A stretch of 64,000 bases of DNA from NCBI RefSeq assembly GCF_001194135.2, contig NC_068991.1, forward strand, positions 75,618,696 through 75,682,695. The letters run 5' to 3'. Every line of letters starts with the position of its first letter. The stretch's first letter is position 1. A program made the position numbers and the translations under genes. This DNA comes from Octopus bimaculoides (taxonomy: Eukaryota). Below the pieces are notes generated by a model, which did not search any database, was not told the DNA's origin, and saw only the letters and a program-made list of their open reading frames with translations. Positions 53,773-64,000 of the stretch are shown piece by piece.

Positions 53773-54269
53773 CCACACATATTTATATACACATACATAC
53801 AGGCATACATACATGTATACATACATATATGTGTAAACACACCCAGACACACGCACATAATGTATTAAAATCATTAATAAATGGAGTCTCAAATATCATA
53901 TCACACCTCTCTATTACTGAGAATATGTTTGACGCCTATGTTCTCCACTAACGAGGCCTTAATAAAAGCAGGTTATCGACTAAGCCTCTCCTCCGCGACT
54001 AGTAAATAGCGAGATCATACAATATATGGCTGCAAGAGCAAAAACACACACAGAAATACAATTACGTACCATACTACAAAATAACTAAAAAAATATAAGA
54101 AATCAAACACTTCTGAATGGAAAGAATAAGAATGTAAACGTTAAACATTATGCGGCTTCCCATAATGTGAACTTGCACAATGTAGATTCTACTGATAATA
54201 GTAACTCTCATCACAACATTCGTTATCATGATAATAATACCGACATAATGAAGTTATTGAGGAAAGATT

Positions 54270-54780
54270 AAACGAATGTTAGTAATCTTACTAATATTAA
54301 AACTGATACTAATAGTTCTGGTATTGATATTCGTAATAAACATAGATGTATTGAACATTAACAATAACAATGAATGTATTGTAAAATTTGCCGACACTAA
54401 TGTTATTTATACTAATGGTTATAATAGCACTAGCGGTCTAAAAACAAATAATAACACTATGAATATGTATAGCAGCACGAATAAACTTGATGGTACCATT
54501 AAAGTACACAAATGTAAATGCTGCAAGTCCAAAAGCCAACCGAGATGGCGCAATATTGACATAATCTGGTTTAATCCACCATGGAAAGCCAATATTATTA
54601 CGGAACTTTTTCATAGGTTATTTGCTTCCTTTGAGAGAACAAATTCACTACCAAAAAATATTGCCACATCTTTAATAACTGTAAGATAAGAATTTCATTT
54701 TTCATCTTTACCTAGTCTAGAAATACGTATAGCAGACACAGATAGGCGTAATATGGCCACAGCCTTTCAGAATACAAATA
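54270..54780 (+). mobile_element. Penelope-like fragment (RT-EN linker)
   Basis: RNIDIIWFNPPWKAN matches the PLE IIWFNPP motif; preceded by N/T-rich low-complexity codons. Confidence 0.75.
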
Positions 54781-54879
54781 GCAGTACTGATAATAATAAT
54801 GACAATAATAATGAACATGTATGATAATCGACATAGCAAGCTCCTGTGACATTAGGAGCATGTGAAAGAAGAAGAAAAA

Positions 54880-55090
54880 ATAAACAATTATGACGATTTG
54901 AAGCGGAAACACGAAGGTTGTGGTCAATGAAGAGAATAGTCGTGATACCAATAGTAATTGGTGCTTTCGGAAGTATCAGCACTCAACTACGAAAATGGCT
55001 AAAAGAGATTAGTGCAAGGAATAAATCCAACAAAAATCAGCATTGCTTGGAACTGCTTGGAACAACAAGGAAATTTATGAACTTTGAATG
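54880..55090 (+). mobile_element. R4/NeSL-like RLE C-terminal fragment
   Basis: LWSMKRIVVIPIVIGAFGSISTQLRKWLKEI...LLGTTRK matches V.P.VIGALG...LLGTARI. Confidence 0.8.
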
Positions 55091-55099
55091 TACAAGAGT

Positions 55100-56260
55100 A
55101 TAAATAAGCATAAAATAGTGTAAATAACTAAAATAAAGTATATCTAAATAACATTTTTACCGTAATAATTTTTATGTAGTGGTCGACGGAAGCTCTGGCT
55201 TTCATTAGGTGTGATCCACATAACCATCCACGATACAGAGGCGGAGAACCTATTTCAGTTCGGCTGTGAATCATCATCACATGTTACTTAGTTACAAACA
55301 CATGGTGTCATATAGCTGCAATGGAATGCTGTATTACCAACAATAATATGATTTCTCTAAGACATCACCCAGTAATGTATTAAGTCCATTTACACATTTC
55401 TTAATACATACAGCTGTTATGACTTCCTTCGCTCACTTTATGCTTCCATCGTAGATGGGTAGATTTGCTAGCGATGATGATAATTGCAACCTTAGCACTG
55501 ACTACCTTGACTATAGTAATAACCACCATGTCATCATACTTCAATTTAAAGTGCTGACTGTAGCAACCAGGCAGCCAGCATTAGCAGTCATTATGTTGTC
55601 TTGTCTGTCAGCCGACTACTTCAACGTCTAAATACATTACCTCAATATGCAGCAGTACTGGCTACTCTTATAAGCAGCAGCAGTGTCAGACAATGCAGAG
55701 AAAAAATTAACCATAACACTGATAGTGGGGCGACCGACCCCAATAACATCCGCATCGATTCTAGTGTAAATGAACATTATGTAGCTATTAATAACCATGG
55801 CAACTGTTTTAATTTGTACCGTTCGAACGGTAGTGCCGTGACTGGTGATGATAACTCCACTGTCTCCTATGAAACCCTGGATAATTCGGATAATCATATC
55901 GGGTCTAACAATGGCTATCACGCTCTGCGTTTCTTGAATAATACTAGAAGCACTATTGCCCATAAATTTCCTAAATTATGTAATGATGAAATGAAATTTC
56001 CGTGTTCTCTAAATAATTTATGCGTCACTAAAATTATTATCTCTAGATGTGACATAATAACTAACCTGAACACTTTTACCGGCATCGGGTTCACTTCTTA
56101 CAAATTCACAAAGCGATTATATAATAAATTTTCTTCTTTCAATTATCGTAATAGGGGCTAAGGTTACATCACTATCGGAAAAAATATGGAAATTAAATGA
56201 CAAAAATTAGATTACAAATTGCCTGGAGCGCAATAAATCATGCATTATCTTACACAAATG
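55100..56260 (+). mobile_element. Penelope-like remnant: 3' region homologous to 22950-23290, then a low-complexity ORF ending in a decayed GIY-YIG
   Basis: FPCSLNNLCVTKIIISRCDI...GIGFTSYKFTKRLYNKFSSF resembles CPL.G.C...VIY...YIG.T..FK.R..NH..SF. Confidence 0.65.
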
Positions 56261-56670
56261 ATACGTACATGTGTACCCTATTCCTGCGCTGAATTATAAG
56301 TTTAATGTACGTAGGGTGAAATATATTTCATACTTTAAACCAGTTACCTCAAATAAAACTTCTCGGGTTCTATTTTGCAAACTCGCCAACATAGTTAAGT
56401 ATATCATTTAAATCTTTAAGCATTGTTTGAATCGTATGTTACATAATGCATTCCATCTCCTTATTACCCATTCTCATTATATTTTTTGCAACCTATATGC
56501 TTTATGCATAATGAAATATTTGATTATCCGGTGTGTGAACTCCTACCTCTCTATTATTCGCCCACGACTTCTTATATATAATGCTTATATTTCTTTATTT
56601 TATACCATTTGGTTTCTATCTCTATATTTACACATTTACACAGGTATATAAATTTTTAGCTGTGTGTGAG

Positions 56671-56735
<65 letters not shown>

Positions 56736-56913
56736 AGATATATATATATGCGTATATGCGTGTGTCCACGCATAAGCAAAGGCCTGTATACGAGTTCGTG
56801 CGTGTATAATGTATGTATATATGCAAATGCACATATATGTGTATTCGTAAATGTGCATATATGCATGTACATATATATATTTACGCATATATGTATGTGT
56901 GTAAGTGTGCGTG

Positions 56914-56946
<33 letters not shown>

Positions 56947-57644
56947 GTATATTGCGTGTATGTTTGTAAATATACATATGTGTATGCATGTATATATACA
57001 TATATTTGTGAATATGTGTGTACGTATGTATGTGAATGTGTCTATATATATATAGACATGCGGATAAGTGTGTATGAGTGCATCGGTCTCAACGTGTGTG
57101 CGTGTACGAGCGTGAAAAGTACTTACAGTTTTAAGAGTTTCTGCTGCCCCGAGGTCTGCTTTCTTTTATGTCACTTAACCGACAAGGTATCATCCTAGTT
57201 TTAAAGACTTACATGTCTTGGCTACAGCTTGTCTATGTTCCTTGCATTTCTTCATAACAAGATATCGCTATCAACTAATTAAGGTAATTGTTTGAAATAA
57301 TAGAGTCGTTTGATCTCTTTGCCTCTCGCATGCCCATTACATTTCTCATTTCTCTATACATTCGAATGCACTTTTCTAAAATACCACTTATCCAATACGT
57401 TATTGGAAACGTCATCATCGAGGTTTTTAATTCACCTCTTTATGCCACTTTAAAATTTTACCTGAAGATGGGGAATTTGTTATGAAGTAATCGATGCTTC
57501 AGATGCCAAGATATCAAAAATTGTCAAAGTGTAGTACAGCGGTTTTACAATAGAATGGTGAAAATATTTTTTCGCTTTCTGAAAAAGCAACGTTTTGGAC
57601 TTACGACACATATATACATGCATGCATACTTATATATATATATA

Positions 57645-58050
57645 CTAGGTCATCAAGTATGAAATTTGTAGTAACGTATATGGTAAACTGGGACAGATGC
57701 TCATTTTGCGCCATTATTATATTTTGACAATCTTTATTTTTTGTTAGAAAGCTGACACACATTTCTTTATTCTAACTTATTTTGCGCTTTATGAAGTATT
57801 TATAAATCGTTTTTTGCTGTTTTTGTTTAGAGATGGATTCGTGCAGTTTTTGGAATGTGAGTTCTTTCTTGGAAATACAGCATCACACACAGCTCGGAAT
57901 ATTAATGGAGTATTTCATTCTAATGTTATTACACAGCAGACAATATCAAATTGGTTTGCAAAATTTCGTTCTGGTAACTTTGACCTCACAAATGAGAAAC
58001 GTCGTCGACCAGAAACCAAGGTGAATAATGACGAACTGAAATGGTTTTAG
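57645..58050 (+). mobile_element. Mariner (Hsmar1/SETMAR-like) 5' remnant encoding the HTH region
   Basis: EFFLGNTASHTARNINGVFHSNVITQQTISNWFAKFRSGNFDLTNEKRRRPETKVNNDELK. Confidence 0.85.
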
Positions 58051-58129
58051 TGGAGTGAAGCGATCCCAATACTTATTTATAGTCGGGAACTAATTCTATC
58101 GGCCACGTTTGTCAAGCAGCTAAGTTAGA

Positions 58130-58512
58130 GTCGATGAAATGCCTCCCCCAGTACGCAATTGGTACTTAATTTATCGACCCCGAAAGGATGAAAGGCAAAG
58201 TCGACCTCGGCGGAATTTGAAATCAGAGCATAACGGCAGACGAAATAACGCTAAGCATTTCGCCCAGCCTACTAAAGTTTCTTATTTCTTTATTGCCCAC
58301 AAGGGGCTAAATATAGAGGGGACAAACAAGGACAGATAAAGGAATTAAGTCGATTACATCGACCCCATTGCGTAATTGGTACTTAATTTATCGACTCGAA
58401 AGGATGAAAGGCAAAGTCCATCTCGGCGGAATTTGAACTCAGAATGTAACGGCAGACGAAATACCTCTAAGCATTTCGCCCGGCGTGCTAATGTTTCTGC
58501 CAGCTCGCCGCC
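58130..58512 (-). mobile_element. Tandem dimer of SINE family A
   Basis: Full copy starting GGCGGCGAGCTGGCAGAAAC followed by a second 5'-truncated copy. Confidence 0.85.
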
Positions 58513-59454
58513 TTAATGCGTGTAAATATTGGATTAAAAAGCAATTTGGATGAGAAAAAAGAATCAAAGACGGTTATCGGATTCGAATCCATATCGCCTG
58601 TAAACGTAGCAGGCGTTTTACCATTGGACCAAAGTAACGATTCGAATTGCTTTAGCCACTTTAAAGACTTTATTCATGTTAGCGAGAACTGTATGTTTTG
58701 GAAGACACAAGGGAACTTGAAATATAGAATATAAATATTTATTATGTGTAATTATTAATGCATTAAGCAATACATAATACAGATACTGTTTCTTTTAATA
58801 TGGTGCGGCATATGAATTAAACAGGCTCGTAAATTATTAAATGACAGTGATGATGAAGACATTCGTGTCAATTCCGTCGTTGGTGCGAAGTTTATATTAA
58901 TCATCAATATATTTGGTTCTGAGAAGGAGCTTCCGCAACTGTAAGTCGGCACCATGTAGTAGTATAGAAAGCAGAAGAAACGCTGGAAAATTTACGAGCG
59001 TATTTCTTTAATTTGCGGGGTTAGAATTAAACTTTGAGAAGAGGAAGGAATGATGTAGTGCTCAGTTTATCTAAAAGAAAGAACGAAACCTATTCAACGA
59101 ATTTCTTCAAGACTAATTACTTTTCGGAAACTTACTATTTTATAATCTCACAACGAGAGATATTCAGCAACAGTACTTTGGAGTAAAGGTTGTTTGCCAA
59201 CATAACATGGCAGTCCTGGTTTAGGACAAATGTTGCTGTAATTTAGCTCCGGGAGACATCGTCTCCAGCTGGCTATACGACACGATCTGCGTCCTTACAT
59301 TTTTCCAACAAGGGAATTGTTTGAAGCTGAGTGGTGCTGCTATATATATATATATATATATATATATNNNNNNNNNNNNNNNNNNNNNNNNNNNNNNNNN
59401 NNNNNNNNNNNNNNNNNNNNNNNNNNNNNNNNNNNNNNNNNNNNNNNNNNNNNN

Positions 59455-59880
59455 ATAGATAGATAGATAGATAGATGCGTGTAATTGATAGGCTTCCACA
59501 TAGTTTCTACTAAATCGTTCAGAAAGCATTTGTCACCCGGCGATGCAAGAGAAGAAACTTGCTGCAAGTGCTGCGCAGGAGGATTGAACCAGAAACCTCT
59601 TGGTTACAAAGCGAGCTTCTTAACCGCATTTTAAACTTCCCTCTTCATTCTCTCTGTTTTACTCTATACACACACATGTACACACGCACATACACACACA
59701 TACACAGATACATACTACACATGCATATATCTATATATGTATGTATATATATATATATACGACGGGCTTCTTTCAGTTTTCGTTTACTAAATCTGGAGCT
59801 ATAGTAGAAGACACTTTTCTAAGATGCTGCAAAGTGGAACCGAACTTGGAGCAATGTAGTTGGGACTAAAACGTACCGCA
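59455..59880 (-). mobile_element. Two SINE family B fragments
   Basis: Reverse complements of ...GGTTCAATCC..GCGCAGCAC.. and ..AAACTGAAAGAAGCCCGTCG. Confidence 0.65.
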
Positions 59881-61269
59881 CAACCACAGATGAACACACG
59901 CATATATATAATGAGCAAGAGACAGAGAAGAAAAGGGAGAGAGAGATTTATACAGATTTGAACCATGTGTTTTGTCGTAATGTGCTTATTCTGTGTACTG
60001 AGATCAAATTCTGCCAAAGCGCATACACAGTACGTAGACGTAGCATAGATGGAACAACTAGATTGAAATTCGGAGAAATAGATTTTGTAGCAGCTGTTAG
60101 ATGGCTATTGGCAGTCATGCTATTTGTAACTTCGCAACTTATTCGCCTATACGCAACTGCTTCTGCATACAGTGAGGCGTCTAATCTCGATTAGATTGGT
60201 TCTATATTCCAAAGTACGGTACAAATGTGGGAAGTGCTGTCGGCATATGACAAATTGTTCTCTACAGAGACATGAGCGTTGATGAAAAATTGTGAATTTT
60301 ATAGAGACATTCACGTGCTGGCTGCAAATGAAATACAGAACAAGACTTGGGAATGGATGTAAAAACAGTGCGAAAAATTATAAGAAATATGTGATTATAA
60401 AGGAAACGGTAAACTACATGAACTTCAGTTATGCAAACTACATGAACACAGAAGCAGCATTATTCTTTAAATGAGAAGACTTTTGTCTCTGCGTTTAAAT
60501 GTTTGAATCACAAAACAAATTTTGTACGGCAACATTATTACTAAAATGAAAAGATTTAAGCATCTGTGAAAGTATAGAATACTTAACAAATGAAAATAAC
60601 TTAATAGTCTCAGAAAGAACTGAACAACTTTTTACTAGAATCGTCTTAATTCATTTTACAGATTCAAACCTCGAACATGAATCAACATTGTTTGTATAAA
60701 GGAGGTTATACGTACAGACATAAATGCATTAAAGAAATACTTTTTGAATGGTATTCAGGAGAATTAAGCGGTCAGGACCGTCTGAATATATATTTGTATC
60801 AAAAGGTGCATACGCAGAAATGGACAATGAAGAAGTCAATAAAAATCAATAACATTTCAAGGAAATTACCGTAAAAGAATGTAATACGATGTTTTGTGAA
60901 TTTGAAATGACCAACAAATTAATAATGAATAGCGAATTTGACATCGAATAATTCATGCGGAGATTTATTATATATAATGTACTTATTCCAATAGTTAGTT
61001 ATATATTATTTCAATTCTGACTTTTTAAATTCCTCTTTTACATTGTGTCGGTGTTTTAGGTATGATTTAAACATTTTTGGTTGAGCTCCTTGATAAATCT
61101 TTTGCACTTGACGAAACTTTTCGTTCTAATTGCAATGTGGCTCTTGTAATTTATATTTCAAATGCGCGTTACTTTTAACTCCCATTTGTACTCCCATATA
61201 TGTAATACATACATACATACATATATAAATGTATACACATATACAGCTATACATACATATAAATATATA

Positions 61270-61311
<42 letters not shown>

Positions 61312-61334
61312 TGTTTTTGTGCGCACGCATATGT

Positions 61335-61790
61335 TGACCACAATCTCAGCTGGAGTGCTCACATCAACAAGGCCGATGCTTGTCGAAAGATGAGCTCTTA
61401 GATTCTAAGAGCCTTCCGGTACAGAGAACAAGGTGTAATCATTCCTGTTTTGTACGGCAACACCACGAATACTGCTTCCCCCTGTGGTCTCCTCATACAA
61501 AACAAAACATTTCGAAAATTGAATCACCCCAGAGTTTATTTACCAAAAGAATTAAGGTCATGACTGATCTCAATTATTGGGATCGCTTTAAAGCATTGAA
61601 ACGCCATTCTCTCCAGCACCGCCGTGAGCGATACATCATTTATATGATGTGGAGAATATACCACCAGCATTGCCAAAACGACCTCAACATTAGCTTGAAA
61701 ATTAATCCAAGGCTAGAACCACGGGTTATACATCTCCTACCCAATTCATCATCACAAGACATAAAGACACTACAATCGTCTTTAGAATTA
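61335..61790 (+). mobile_element. CR1-like LINE RT C-terminal fragment
   Basis: DHNLSWSAHINK / FVRQHHEYCFPLWSPH / IESPQSLFTKRI / NYWDRFKALKRHSLQHRRERYIIYMMWRI. Confidence 0.85.
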
Positions 61791-63129
61791 ATGAGAAAAT
61801 AAAATAGAAATAAGTTGAAGTTAAATTAATATTCTCTTTTCTCGAAGTATAAGAATGGAGGATAAAAGAAACGTATGTATTTGTAAGATGTAGGCAACAA
61901 AACAATGGTATTGTATAGAGAGTTATTCTGGTTTGATACCCAAATACACAAAATTGCTTAGGATTCAATTAAGTGTGAAAATGAAAGAGTAAATATATAT
62001 GTCATATTCAGAACACATTATATGTTGGCTGATCACTTTTTCTATGTATCTATCACGTACCTAACTCTCATTCAAATTACTCCTTGTATCTAATGAAAAA
62101 TCTACGAAAACCTATACAAAAGCAGAAAGAACCAAAGTAATCCACAGTCTGGTGACTGTGAATAAGCCGAACATTCGAAATCCCTGTCTATGTTTCCTTG
62201 TATAGATTAATAAATATGTAATCTCTGAAAAAGTATTGTGTAATGCTTTAATTTAATGTTAGATTGCTCTTATCTATAACTTCACATAAAAGCAAACATT
62301 ATCGTATGTGTATATGTTTATATATACATTCATACATACACACACATACATATATACACACATATACATATATACACACACACATATATACATACATATA
62401 CATACTTACATACTTATTTACATTGAGAAATACATACATACTAACTTCAACTTATTTCTAATTTCTTATATCATTAGTTCTAATGACAATTGCACATGTA
62501 CATGCATATATATGTATTCTTGCGTGTGTGTGTATGAGTAGTCGTGTATGTATGTATGTATGTATGTGTGTGTATGTGTGTGTATGTGTATGTATGTACG
62601 TGTGTGTAAATGTGTATCGTTTTATCTTCTCATACATATATAAGCTTAGCTCTTACTCCTAAGTGTACAAGTAAATTGTATTACATCTCTGTGATAATCT
62701 TGGATGCGAGTGTACTCACGAATACTAGTAGATGTTGTTTCAACCATCTTGCCAGTTCTACATTACCTTCTCTTTTTCTTTCTCCACCCCCGCAGATATG
62801 TATGTATGTGTGTGAGTATGTATATATTTATGTATGCATGTACAAGTAATTTGTTTACACTGATGAAATGTTTGTGCTGTATATAGCTCACTTTCTCCAT
62901 AAAACTGATATTGTATGTACAGGTGCAAGGTGTATCAAATTCAATTTTCGAGGTAATCGTAGAGCAACATGGTTCGAAATATTTTGCTCAAGAACAAACG
63001 TTCCGCCTGGCTGGGGAATCGATTATCACGCGATTATAGGTGCAACAAATAAACCGCTTGTCCACGCATCCTCAGAAACACACACATACATTCATAGCTA
63101 CCTGGTAATCCATCGGTTACGACAACTAG

Positions 63130-63330
63130 TGTTCCAGTTGATATGGAAGAAGTCCAAAAAAACTGAAACTTCATCGACGTACTTATACCTGCAGGCCAGA
63201 ATATTTTGGCGCCAGAGAACAAGAAATTACAGAAGTACCAAAAGATAGCACTGGAAGTGAAATGCATCTATGGAAGCTCAAAAGTGCGTGTGATACTTAT
63301 TGTGATTGGCGCATTTGCAGCTCTCCAGAT
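63130..63330 (+). mobile_element. R4/NeSL-like RLE C-terminal fragment
   Basis: IDVLIPAGQNILAPENKKLQKYQKIALEVKCIYGSSKVRVILIVIGAFAAL. Confidence 0.75.
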
Positions 63331-63349
63331 CGTAATGATACACAGCAGT

Positions 63350-63740
63350 CAACAGGTTGTTTGCGATTGTCTGCAGAGAGATCACGCATGACCCATTTTC
63401 CAACCTTTCAGACTTCACCAAGCCTTTTTCAATTCACGATGAATGGTTGTTTGGCTCCCTTTGGAGCCCGCGCTTAGTTATCAGACTGTAACAGTCAGGT
63501 TTGCTTAAACAGTGGGTCCCAGAGCCTCAGGACCCAAACCACTTGATTGATCTTCCCTTGATTCATCCTGTAGATGCTGTCCCCGTTTCTGAATCGAGAA
63601 AACCTTCTGCTTATTTCTTGAGTCACTACACCATCACCATCAGTGTTTTGGAGGGATTTTTCTGCTACACATGCACTATTCCCTTTTTGAAATTCATGAA
63701 GGATAACATGACGAATATGTTATATGCTTGGAGTGAATAT
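63350..63740 (-). mobile_element. Mariner (Mos1-like) transposase remnant
   Basis: HIRHVILHEFQKGNSACVAEKSL...FSRFRNGD and QTTIHRE*KRLGEV*KVGKWVMRDLS, a WVPHEL-like motif. Confidence 0.8.
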
Positions 63741-64000
63741 GGAGTCAATATACTGAGATCCCCTTCGGTTATGACTGATCATGGGATTGCACCTAGAAAG
63801 TTACCCTTCCAGGCACAAGTCTGGGCAAGGTTGTTTATGGAAGACCAGCAGTCACCCATGCATACGGGCCTCCCCTCTCCACACCACCAATGTTATCCAA
63901 GGGAAAGGCAAAGGGGCCGATACAGCTTGGCACCTGTGACGTCGCAACACTTTTCTACAGCTGAGTGAATTGGAGCAACGTGAAATAAAGTGTCTTGCTC

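Noticed and set aside
59958-60194. ORF with a TM-like stretch (VAAVRWLLAVMLFVTSQLIRLY)
   Set aside because: The antisense frame is equally open, splice sites are mediocre and there is no partner exon

Overview
AT-rich, repeat-dense eukaryotic DNA from a gapped short-read assembly. Most N-runs are flanked by (AT)n. The tRNA-derived SINE families and microsatellite load point to an octopus (coleoid cephalopod) genome; this is inference. Nearly all ORFs in the supplied track are microsatellite or gap artefacts. The window mostly holds decayed transposons: RTE, CR1-like and R4/Dong-like LINEs, Penelope-like elements (PLE), mariners, one full-length non-autonomous Helitron, MITEs and SINEs. Scattered small minus-strand exon candidates suggest one or two unidentified intron-rich genes, with a likely start and promoter at about 34.9-35.1 kb and the best-supported coding exons at 9.4 and 4.7 kb. 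The most notable observations are: (1) four hammerhead-ribozyme motifs in two unrelated short repeat families, including a divergent pair around an (AAT)n tract and one copy behind a tRNA-type Pol III head; (2) an RTE LINE whose YADD segment is inverted in twin-priming geometry; (3) an R4/Dong-type fragment sitting in TAA repeats; (4) a TGT...ACA TIR element; and (5) several microsatellite-centred foldbacks. TE boundaries are approximate and no alignments or searches were run.
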